The notes beneath the pieces are model-generated. The model was not told the DNA's origin, ran no database searches, and saw only the letters and a list, made by a program, of their open reading frames with translations. Positions 49,900-60,776 of a stretch of DNA of 64,000 bases are shown one piece after another. Numbering within the stretch: position 1 is the first letter of the stretch; the number at the start of each line of letters is the position of its first letter. Where the stretch lies: contig MCFE01000138.1 in assembly GCA_002104905.1 (NCBI GenBank), positions 62,001-126,000 of the forward strand, given 5' to 3'. The position numbers and the translations under genes are program-made. This stretch comes from Basidiobolus meristosporus CBS 931.73 (lineage: Eukaryota > Fungi > Basidiobolomycota).

Positions 49900-51550
49900 T
49901 CAGTGTAGTACTTATAAACTTACTGTATGAGTTGCATTGCTGGTAAAATATGCCTTTCACAAATGTACATCTAGCTGCCATCACTTGGCAAAGAGTATCT
50001 GCTTAATATCTCAAAATACTCCCAGACTCCTGGCTAATAAACTTCCTTTCCCTACTCCATACTGGTCCTCTGTATGAGTGTAATGCCATTCCTTTTTGTG
50101 TAAATTGCTTTCAAAAGGTATTCAAGTTGGCTTGCATGCAAAAGTTACCTGACATACTTTGATATAGTTGTCTTCAGAAGTGATACTTTGTTGTTGTGCC
50201 AAGCCAGGCCTTGCCTTATTTGACTTACTACATGTTGTGCATCAACATTTAAAACTTAGCCAATTTTACTCCGTCTGAAAATCTAGTACCCTGACTGATT
50301 TTCCCTAACCCAAACATAACAAATTCCAGTTACAGTCTATTTTATCCCACCTCAGAATCTATTTTTAGCTATCACACCTGATCTATTTTCAAATGGTCAT
50401 TATGTTATCAACTTATCTGCCAAGCCTTCCCAGGTGATTAGTCATCTGAGATCTATCCAACCACTGTGCAGTTGCCAAGACATCAGTTGATTGTTGATGT
50501 AATTTTCATTTATCTTATGCACCTATGAACACCCAAATTGATTTCAATCAATCCAGTCCCTTGGCGCTTACTAATTCAACTTGATCAGAAAAGTATAAAT
50601 AAAGTTTACTGAACCTTTTGGTTTAGTGTGTGTCTCAACAAAATTAAGATTCTGTCTCAGCAAATATAAGAATCCAACAATTCCATTCTAGTCTCTATCC
50701 AAGCCTAGTATATCTAGCACTCCAAAGAACACCAAGCCTAGCCTGCCTAGCAAACAAATATCATTGTCTTTATAGCCAACCCAGCTATATCCAAGACCAA
50801 TATTGGATTGGAATCTTTCTGCTAATATTTTGCCACTCTCTGACAATTCTAAGATTCCGCACTTAATTGTCCCTTTGGTTCAGTTAAACCATTCAAGAGT
50901 TTATTACACTTTCTCTTGGATACAACACTACACATTTACTGAGGCTATTGTGCATTTCAATGCCAAAGGGATATCTGCTTACTTCTTGTCCACTGTACTT
51001 GATGTTCCTCCATCAGTCACTCTGTGGATTGCAGATGTACTTGAATGTAGTATTTCTCATGGGACTTGCATATGGCAGAACCTGTAATTTTTTTTGCTTC
51101 CTATCTCCTTACATATCCACACCTTAGGAGACTCTAGGCAAACATACATCTGTGTTCTCTAAGCATCTAGTAGAAAGTAGAGTAACCATACATCAGAGAT
51201 TTATATATTCATACTTATGCTTGCAGCAAAACCTCCCAGGTCTTGTTGAAAGCTCTTTACATAAAATCAATAAATGAATCAAATTACCATTGGTTGGCAG
51301 CTTTTTGGCACTTTCTCCTACACTGTCAACATATGATGCTCAATGCTTCCAATGAACCCAGAGTAAAGTAGCTTTAAATGGCTAGTGAGATGAATATGTA
51401 TGTAGCATCTCCAAAAGAGTTAAGTGCCTTGTGGATAATAATGGACTTTGCCACACATATATGTATCTTAACTGAAATATTCTGTAGCTAGTAGTAAGTA
51501 TTAGATGTACCTACTGCTCTGACATTTATAGCAATTAGATAGAACATGTT
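49900..51550 (-). mobile_element. Degenerate CACTA transposase fragments split by a solo LTR
   Basis: 50933-51090 matches 32040-32200, and 51340-51370 (caatgcttccaatg, HWKH) matches 32470-32500. Confidence 0.55.
50233..50927 (-). mobile_element. Solo LTR (695 bp) with perfect 5-bp TSD CTACA
   Basis: TGTTG...CAACA termini; CTACA at 50228-50232 and 50928-50932; inverted relative to 51861-52556. Confidence 0.92.
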
Positions 51551-51860
51551 TGGCCAGAACTGCATCCAGTACCTCAGTACCTGAGCTTCAACTCAAGGGA
51601 CAGTCACTGAGAGTACACAAGGATACAAGTGTGCCCCTGTAACAAGCAACAAAAGAGGCATTATCATCAGGTGTTTAACTTTGCTTGTCACAAAGCTTAG
51701 TTGAATGCAATCTAGCAATCAGGTATATGACTAAAGACAAAATATCACCTAGAGATGCTCTCTCAGCTCAGTACCAAAGATATAATCATAATATAGTAAT
51801 ATTGCTCTATTAGTAGCCTACAACATGGTATCAAGCAACTCTACTGATAAAGTAAGTCAG

Positions 51861-52556
51861 TGTTGTGTTTAAGAGAGAGGTGTGATAAGACTCTTGAATG
51901 GTTTAACCAAACCTAAGTGACAACTAAGTGCAGAATCTTAGAATTGTCATAGAGTGGTGGAAATATTAGCAGAGAAGTTCTGGTCTGATATTGGTCTTGT
52001 ATATAGCTGGGTTTGGCTATAAAGACAACAGAGTTGGTTTGCTATGCAGGCTAGGCTTGGTGTTCTTGAAAGTGCTAGATACGCTAGGCTTGGGTAGAAA
52101 CTTGCACAGATTTGTTGAATTCTTGATTTTGCTGAGACACAATCTTAAATTTGTTGGGACACAAACTAAACCAAAATGTGCAGTAAGATTTGATTATATT
52201 TTTCTGATCAAGCTGAAATAGTAAGTGAAAAGAGACTGGACTAGTTGATATCAGTATGGATGTTGACAGGTGCATAAAATAAATGAAAATTGCATCATTG
52301 ATCAGCTGATGTCTTGGCAACTGCTGAGTTAGATAGATCTCAGAAGACTAATCACTTGGAAAGGCTTAGTAGATCAATTGAGGACACAATGTCCACAAGA
52401 AAATTGATCAGGTGTGACAGCTAAAAATAGATTCTGAGAAGTGATAAAATAAACCATAACAGGGATTAGTTATGCTTGGGTTAGGGAAAATTGGTTAGGG
52501 TCCTAGATTTTCTAATAAGGTAAAATTGGCTAAGTTTTAATTGTTGATGCACAGCA
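51861..52556 (+). mobile_element. Solo LTR (696 bp) with perfect 5-bp TSD GTCAG
   Basis: TGTTG...CAGCA termini; GTCAG at 51856-51860 and 52557-52561. Confidence 0.92.
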
Positions 52557-55349
52557 GTCAGTACTATAGAGTACCTGAGATATTGCAGAGGCACTGATGC
52601 ATTGACCATTGGCTTCCTTTGTTTCCAGCCATGCACTCTGAATGTATCCTCTATCTCATTCACTAGCCCAGGTCAAGTACATCATTGACTAAGTGTAACA
52701 AATTAAACAGTGGAAGTATAAAGCTGGTGTGCAATACTTAAACTGGTAATATGGTATTACTTGCATGCACTCAACATATCTTTGGCACAGCTGTATGCAT
52801 TACTCTCTGAGCAGAGGGAGCAAAGTGCAGCTACAGCAAAAGGAGCACTACTTTGCTGTTGTAATTCACTGATATGCAGCTATAATCACCCTATTATGCT
52901 TGCATTGAGGTATATAGGGTGACCTTGTTGGCAGTAAGTGTATACATATGGAGGTCATTAGGGGTCTGTTGACCAGCATAAGCACTTAGTGTAAGCCCAT
53001 TTGGTATTGCTCTTAAACTCCAGTACAGCAATTTGTTCACAATGAAAAATAGCTACCAGAGAGCTTAGTTGGATAATGTACACAATTGTTGGTGCCTTTT
53101 GCATCCTTCTCATCCTAGTTATAGTATTAATGCTTTGAGAAAAAGAACAAGAAAGGACCATCTGAGTACCATAACATTTCAGCTGAGTACAAAGTCTCAC
53201 TTAACTTACAGTGGTCACCATGTAAGATACTAGCTATTTGGCAGACATACTTTTCAGGTGGAAACAAAACCAACTAGAATTAATACCAAATCCAATCATC
53301 AGCTACTCTCTACTTGCTACTATAGTTGCAGCTAGAAATCTAAAGGAAAAACACCAGCAGAATGCCAGCAAAATATCATTGGAATGCCAGTAGAATACCG
53401 GCTGATTATCAGATGAGTTCCAGGTCTGGGATATCTCATAGCAATGTGACATCTATGCTTTCTTTACACCTAGGTTGTTATTTACAAATCTTTGAGAGCT
53501 CTAGCCATTGATCTTGTATAGAGTCACTCAGCAAAAGTATCAGATATCTAAGACATGAAATATCTGAGAGTTGACATAACAGCTGCAAGCTTTGCACACA
53601 TGTTCTTAGAACCATCATCATTGAATTCTTCATGTTTGCATTGCCAAGACCATGTTGAAGCAAAGATAATACTCTTACGTTTGATGAATGATTAGGAGCA
53701 GACCACAAGTTTTACTTGTTCTCCCATTCACTTCCAGTATCTCTGAGACTCTTGAAATATTACACTCTATAATCTGCACAACCACTCTTATTTTCATCAA
53801 ATTTGCTTATGTTCAACTATTTGTGTCCTCACAAGAGCCCAAGTACTTCTTCAGCCTACACACCGGTGCTTTTACTTTGCAAGTTATATCACTACACCTT
53901 TGACATCTTGAGTTTGTTGCTTAGTTTAATTCCTAGACTTTTGAATAGTGTTGGTTTTGCCATTGTTGCCTTGCCTGAAGTCAAACAAGTCATCTTATTA
54001 GCCATATAGATGCTGTTGTTCAAGGCTGCACAACTGAGTACTATTGGAGTGACCAATGTGAGCTACCAAAGGTTCACTATGTGTTCCTCAGGTGCCCAAG
54101 CCAACTAAGCAGTATGAAGTGCTGTGATAGCAGCACTGAGCACAGTTGTCTGGTTAATAGAACTTCTCCATTATATGGATTGACAAGTACTCATCATTGT
54201 CAGAATTAAAGTCATTGTCCTAGTCAAAGCACATCATTTATTCAATCAGGCCATCAGTCTATACTTCAAAGCTGGAACTTTCAAGTTGTTCAAGTCTCTA
54301 AAGTGTTGCGTCAGCTGTGGGCTAAGTATTGGCATTGTAGGTGCAGTGACAAGCTGAGATGATAGATCCAGATTGAGGATGCAATCACTGCAACGGTGGG
54401 AAGAAAACTGAAAGCAATGTCAGTACATCTGACACGGCAGGTTTGTTCATTCACTTCAATGAAGCCTTGTTGGATGAGGAATAGATGTACGGTAACACTA
54501 CGCATCCTCAATATTTCAGTGTCTGCGTTCATATGCTAGGCAAACTCCATACATTCTGATGAATCATCGTGTAGATCTTCTATGCTACTCCGTCATAAGA
54601 TGAGCTATAGAAAATTGAGTTGGTAATCTCCAGTATAACGGTGTCAAACACTTTTCTTCCGGATTGCGCATTTTCTTTGGAGCATCTACTTACCCATTGG
54701 CCATAGTTATTGAGATGGGATTGTGGTATACAGCATTTTATGCAAAGTTGTGTGCCCACTTAAACATTCAGTTATGTGATCCCACTCTTGATTTAGCCTG
54801 AGTGTTGCTATTTCTTAAAAATGAACCTTATGCCTAGCTGGTGATTCTCGTAAGTGAGACAGTGCATACACGAAATAGTAATCAGCATTTAATGTCAACC
54901 AAATGCTTTATAGTATAAAGCTAGAAGTAGATCTGAAAAAAGAGAAAGGCGACGTTGGCGATAGTGATGCTTAGATGTTCTTGGCGCAACAGTTCGAGTC
55001 CTTAGTACGTGTCTGATATTCGGAGCCACTACAACATGACTTAAGCGTTAGTAAGAGTGGCCGAATGATACTTATATGCTGCCCTTGTATATTGTTGATG
55101 TGACACCACTTTGTGCTGCATATCCAATACTATACGAGATAATCCCTACTCCACCATGCCACTAAATTCCTTGAAAGTTACTGTTTCCGCACTTGCTCCT
55201 CTCCCGCAGCAATCTTTGTTACAACCGCAAATATCATTACCGCCCTTTTGCTGGGTAACCCCACAGACTAGGCTTAAGTTCTCCAGGCTTTTTCTGTCTT
55301 CTAAAAGCGACCCAGGGCGACAAAAAATACGTCAATCCCATTAGTTGCA

Positions 55350-55600
55350 TCAAGAACACGCTTTGCCACGCTTCCACTCTGTGTACCTAGGCTTTGAGAA
55401 AGCTCCTGGATCATCCTCACGCATTCTGCGAACCTTACTTCCTGTCCAGAATGAAGATGCAAATTCTTCACTACACGTCTTTACGTTTTTATATAGCTCT
55501 ACATACTCGGGGGTTGCCGTAGTATTGGGTCGGTTGCGTTCAAGAGGAGCGGCAAAAGAGGATGCAAGTATCATAGCACTGGCTAAGAGGATATCTTGAG
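55350..55600 (-). CDS. Possible small secreted protein; start and exon structure unresolved
   Basis: Hydrophobic ILLASAMILASSFAAP leader downstream of TATAAA; CpG-retaining; a Cys-rich frame lies downstream (~55150-55300). Confidence 0.3.
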
Positions 55601-56130
55601 TAGACACTCCTCTACAGCCTTTATATTCGTTATTATATCTTCTTGGTTTGTAAGTCACACAACATGCAACTTTAATATTAATCACGCTTGGGAAGAACCC
55701 AGGGATGATTTAAACAGTCTAGTTCATCCGGTATAAAGTAGCACTTTTCTAGGATTGGATTCATTACTAAGCCGTATCTCTTACATTTGTGCATCGATAA
55801 CAACAGTGTCGTGAACGACCATTACTCACTACTCAGTATCATCTAGACAATTGCTCCGTTTACAACTGGTTTATTGACCATTACATAGGAAAAGATCTAT
55901 GTACTTCGTCTTTGAGGCATCCATTGAATTTCAGTTTAATTTAGTCTGCCAAACCCGGGATTTTGTATTTATTGATCGTAAATTCAATTGCCATATCTTC
56001 ATTATGAAAAGACACTGATGGGTAACGACAAAACAATAGGTAAAGATACTTTATGCTGCTTGCTTCGAGTGATGGTAGTACTTCAAGAATATTTCCTTTC
56101 AAACTCTTTCGTATGGACTAAGTACAAGCT

Positions 56131-56212
56131 GGTGAGGTGGCCGAGTGGTCTAAGGCGCTGCGTTCAGGTCGCAGTCTCTTCGGAGGCGTGGGTTCGAACC
56201 CCACCCTCATCA
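56131..56212 (+). tRNA. tRNA-Leu(CAG), intronless
   Basis: Acceptor stem GGTGAGG/CCTCATC, D-loop TGGCCGAGTGG, anticodon stem CTGCG/CGCAG with loop TTCAGGT, long variable arm, GGTTCGAACC T-loop, TTTT at 56217-56220. Confidence 0.97.
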
Positions 56213-56582
56213 TCTATTTTACTCTTAGCTTGCACAAAAATGATAAGAGGAAATATCACAATGCTAACAGTCACTGAGCAGTCTGTCAATCTCGAATCTT
56301 TGTGTTACCTAAGTCAATCCGGTAACCCTGCCAGACACACTCTCTAATATCAAACTTTTCGGTGGAGGGCAGCATCACTAAAGACTGAGGGTGAGTATGT
56401 TAGTACGTAAGCGAAAATCTAATATTAATGCCCGCAGCTCTGATCATGATACAGGTGTGTGCAAGTAAAAAGCTAATCACAAGTAACAACAAGTATAAGA
56501 ATGTCATTTGGATTTTATTGATTGAGAATTTTCAGTTGTAGCGTGGTGATGACTACCTACATCTTCAGCTCATGTCATCGCA

Positions 56583-57080
56583 CTAATTGTATTGAACGTT
56601 TTGCTCTGGACAATCTTCTACGCATTGCATCTCTGCCACAGGGGTTGTGTATTGTATATCTTGGGTGGGCTGCATCAGGACGTAGGGAGAGAAAGAACTA
56701 TCTTCCAAGTGTTCCGCTCCCTTTTGCTTAGCATATTCTAATGCATTGGCCCTACCCTCCAGTTCGAGACTGGGCCCTGCTTGATACTTGACATTGAAGC
56801 CTTTGTTGCTGTTGGCGTTAGCAATGTTCAGGTTATCGTGCTTTCTGGTCACCGTGGTGAAAACCTGGCGCAATAACGGGGATTCGACATTCGTCGTCTT
56901 AACGACAGGCAAAACTCGAGCGTTTTGGTAGCAACCGCTCGCATACTGTGCACATGGTAAGCTGCGATAATGAACCCCTCTATACTCGCGAGTACATGGA
57001 GAAGAACAGCCGATTGGGGCAGCAACGGCAACTTGAAGAGCGGCAAGGCTTAGAATCACTGCTACGGTAGTAGAGCGCAT
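56583..57080 (-). CDS. Secreted family B protein B4, 165 aa, diverged paralog
   Basis: Signal peptide MRSTTVAVILSLAALQVAVA; 18-aa identity PLLRQVFTTVTRKHDNLN with B1/B2; conserved cysteines. Confidence 0.85.
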   Translation of the reverse strand: MRSTTVAVILSLAALQVAVAAPIGCSSPCTREYRGVHYRSLPCAQYASGCYQNARVLPVVKTTNVESPLLRQVFTTVTRKHDNLNIANANSNKGFNVKYQAGPSLELEGRANALEYAKQKGAEHLEDSSFSPYVLMQPTQDIQYTTPVAEMQCVEDCPEQNVQYN

Positions 57081-57122
57081 GCTGAAGAATAGCTGAGAAA
57101 TAAGCTAGTTGCATAGGCCGCT

Positions 57123-57136
57123 ATATAGCATGGGAG
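57123..57136 (-). promoter_or_regulatory. Conserved TATA-containing motif of B genes
   Basis: tatatagcatggga (reverse TCCCATGCTATATA) lies ~43 bp upstream of the ATG in B1 (40591), B2 (44941) and B4 (57123). Confidence 0.7.
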
Positions 57137-57454
57137 GCTATATAATAAGGTTAAGTCGAGGGCATAAAGTGAGTCTTGTTAGATTGCGCATGTTTTCCAT
57201 TCTGTTATTGACTTTATCGAGGAAGCCTGTAACATATAAAACACATGCACTGGAATGACAGCCTCTGTATATATATATATGGTTCTATCACCGCTGCCCA
57301 TACTTCTCTTCAATACTCACAATGACATTGTGTACAACGATAAGTGCCACTGTTTCTGTGTGTGCATATCAGAAAATTCTTGAGTACTTGTACATCATCA
57401 GCATACCGAGTAATATGTTGCTCATTTTATTTCGTAAGTTTACTTTTACTAGAC

Positions 57455-57979
57455 TTAATGTCTGTTTCCACTGAAATATCTAACTTTGAAGTGGCGACGA
57501 GCAGATCTCTTATACTTCTTGTACCCACCTCTAAGCGCACGCGCTGCTGGCTGAGTGATGATAATTTGTGGCTGTTGCTGCTTGGGCTGGTACAGGGTTT
57601 GATCAATGACCTGCGCTTGGTCGAACTGGTTTGAGTTGGACAAGGCATTGGCTTTACTGGAGGAATGGCCATTGATTTTGTCCAGCAAAGCTTGGGATGG
57701 TTGAAGATTGGAAATATCGAACCCTTGCAACCCAGAGAATCCTGGCTGCTCACCCGAAGTCTCGCTTGTCTGCATTGGCTCACTCATCTCCGAATCATCC
57801 CCCTCCTCAGTTGACGGCTGGTATTCTTGACTGGGGGCCGAAGTGTCCTGATAACAAGCACCCTGTTGTTCGACGCATGGCTCATTGGTGAAGGCTACCT
57901 GGGAGTCACCGAGTGGGGTAGCGGAGATTGCTTGCAACGAAGCGATGGCGGAAGCTAGCAAGAGGAAGGAAAGCTGCAT
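57455..57979 (-). CDS. Secreted family C protein C3, ~174 aa from MQLSF, diverged paralog
   Basis: Signal peptide; 26-aa identity ALSNSNQFDQAQVIDQTLYQPKQQQP with C1; basic C-tail. Confidence 0.88.
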   Translation of the reverse strand: MQLSFLLLASAIASLQAISATPLGDSQVAFTNEPCVEQQGACYQDTSAPSQEYQPSTEEGDDSEMSEPMQTSETSGEQPGFSGLQGFDISNLQPSQALLDKINGHSSSKANALSNSNQFDQAQVIDQTLYQPKQQQPQIIITQPAARALRGGYKKYKRSARRHFKVRYFSGNRH

Positions 57980-60162
57980 GACTGGCTGGTGGAGTCTCAT
58001 GCGAATTTTGACGATTTATATCACCTCGATCCCACTCAATTAGGCTTTGTTCATAGCACTAGCTTTATGCGAGCTAGATTGATTTAACCTTTGCTACTTT
58101 ACCTCTTCGTACCAAGGCTTCAAAGTGTGAAGAATGAGGGAGATCTGGTCAATGATATCCTTAATATCGTTCAAAATTCTCTCAGTTTTTGCAATAACTA
58201 TCCGTGTTAGTAAGGACTTTGGTAATTTTTTACTAATGAGCTTGAGGGTTACCGTCGAGAAAGTCCAAGGTCATTGCGGTCAATTTCAATGGGGTTTGGT
58301 ACTCCTTTGTATCAGTGTAGTACTGTAAGCTTAACATGCACTTTTGGTATTGTTATTCCATCTTTAAGGCAAGTATCTCTTACGATAGTCCTGTCATTGC
58401 CTGGAAGGTATTGTCCTTTGGTAGTGCTGTTTTCTTGCTATACACATGCTTAAATATATTGCTGATCTGACCCTGCCTCAACTGGAGAGCAGCCACCACA
58501 GTCAAGCTTTGGGGCAGGCTTATTAAATTAACCTGTTATTACAAGAACCTAGGGTTGTCGCTGATTGGTGAACAATACGACTGTCATGGGGTGTACAGCA
58601 CAGTACAGGCGAGAATAAATTGATCAGCTGTTTGCCAAGAGTTGGGGATATTGAGTGGATAGTGCTTGGGATAGTTGAGGCTGCCTTGGAATTTCTTGTT
58701 GTAGTACACGCGTTTTCAATTAGTTATTTGTCAAGAAACAAGCCAAATGTGACTGTTCACTTTATTCGTGTTACGCTTTATCTATGCTGCTACAATCGAT
58801 AGCTTGGATGGCGATGCTTTCTTGCAAGACACATGCACTTATCTATTGCAAACTTTACCCTGCCACAGATGGAGTACAGCGTCGGATTAAGAGCTCAGCC
58901 ACCGACTACCACGGTCATTCTTTTGGGCAGGTCGATTATTTAACCTGTTATTTCAAGAACAGACTCATTGCTGATTGGTGCAAATCCTTGTCACCAATGA
59001 CCGGCATGGTGCATAGAGACGGTGCCGGCAAGAAGGAAATATTCATGGATGTGTTTAGCTAGTACTGGTTTCCTCAGGTAATGTTGCAGATTTGGCCTCA
59101 ACTGTAACCATTCATGATTTCTGGATCATTTCTCCAAGCTTGGCCTAAGACTCAGCACTTTAGGTGGGAAGCCGCTATACTTAGTAGAAAAGGGCACATG
59201 AAGCAGCCAACACTAAGCCACCACCTGGATAAGGTGATATAAAGCAGCAGGTGTGGGCTTGTCAGTCTCAAGACTTATTGCACTCCACTTTCTCAGCCAT
59301 GGTATCCGATCAAGAAGCCCGTTTGTATTCTGCCGATGTCAGAGAAGAAATTGCCAGAGCCAAGAGAGCTAACAACGGGAACTACGCCTCAGTCACAGTC
59401 AAAGGGATTCGCTGGACTTGGAGAGGACCCGGAACTGGCGAGCTGTCCTTCAAGCAGATCCTCGAAGGAAGAAAGGGGACCGCCTGCGTGGATAGCCAGA
59501 CATGGGTAATCTCGTAGGGTTTGGTTGGTGCCTACTTAGCCGGTGGACTCTTGGAGATATTGCTGTTATGGATATTTAGCTGAAGCATTGTGAAATAAAT
59601 GAGTTCAAATCCGCGTTCCTTTGACCCAGCTGTATTATGCTCATTGCACTGTGAGCATCTAACATATGTGTGAACTGCTACTTTGATCAGATATACGTGT
59701 ACAACTGCCGTGTACAGGCATCCGTTCCAGCAATCAGTATCGTGTTGCACGCTCCGCACTTCTGAAGACAATCCTTTTCTGTTGCGGTCAATATGATATG
59801 GCACCCCTGAGGTCTTTGCTTTTGCCTTAGTAGCGTTGGCTTCCTTTAGAAAAGGCTTTGTTTAATTTCTGTTACCAAACAACCTAGAACTCAACGTATA
59901 TCCTAAATAACCTTGAGACCGTTAAGCATCTATCAGCCGGACGCCACTTTGAATCTGCAACAGCTATTGCGCTGATCTTTGTAAGTGCTGAAGAAATCAA
60001 CGTGTTTCTAAGCAGGAAACATAGATTATCTAGAACTCTTATTTTGAGTACTCCTGCAGCCATATAGGTATTTTGCTAGATTTGTTTTACCCTGATATCA
60101 CGCAAATACTGTCTATTGGCAGTTTATGTATTTGGGAGCTTGCCTGTAGTCTAAGTGATCCT

Positions 60163-60211
60163 AATAGGGTGAATAGGGTGAGTAGGGTGAATAGGGTGAA
60201 TAGGGTGAATA
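60163..60211 (+). repeat. 9-bp tandem repeat (AATAGGGTG)x5
   Basis: Five consecutive units, one with a mismatch. Confidence 0.95.
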
Positions 60212-60593
60212 ACCTTTCACAAGATTTGGTAATATGCTATCATGAAATTCACACACAAGTATTACTGTTGGAAGCACTAGTCTAGGTTGATGATTCTATA
60301 AACAGAATAGCAAGCATCAAACAGAAGCACTAAGACTAATTAGTGATTATAATGGGATCCCAGGCCCTGACCTTATGGGAATAAATAGTCACATACATCT
60401 ACTAGTGTATTTATACTTATTGTCCAGCATCCACCAGAGGTTTTTGACAGAGTAGCACTTTTATTTATACCGTTGTAAATGATGTGTAGCATGTATGGTT
60501 AGAATACCCCAACATACACTGTTTACTTCTTTATCCAGCTACTTTGTATACTTGCATTATTTCTAGCATTCAACATTGAACGTATTGGATTTA

Positions 60594-60776
60594 TTAATCA
60601 TCAGATACAGCATCTTTGGCCAGACTTGCATCCAGTGTCCCAGAACACGGATCTCCAACGCACAAGGAGCCTCTTGAGTTCCCTTGGGCTTGGCACGAGA
60701 GAGCATCTACGGAGCCGGAACTGGAGCTGGCCACAAGGAAGGCGACCATCAAGGAGACTGCAAATTTCTTCATCAT
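60594..60776 (-). pseudogene. Defensin-like peptide copy 1, frameshifted
   Basis: Matches copy 2 up to GSLCV; a 22-bp deletion at an AAC microhomology then removes Cys3 and shifts the frame. Confidence 0.88.

Noticed and set aside
52560-54300. Host gene or identifiable transposase
   Set aside because: Only short stop-riddled frames and strong CpG depletion; probably an old TE that I cannot assign.
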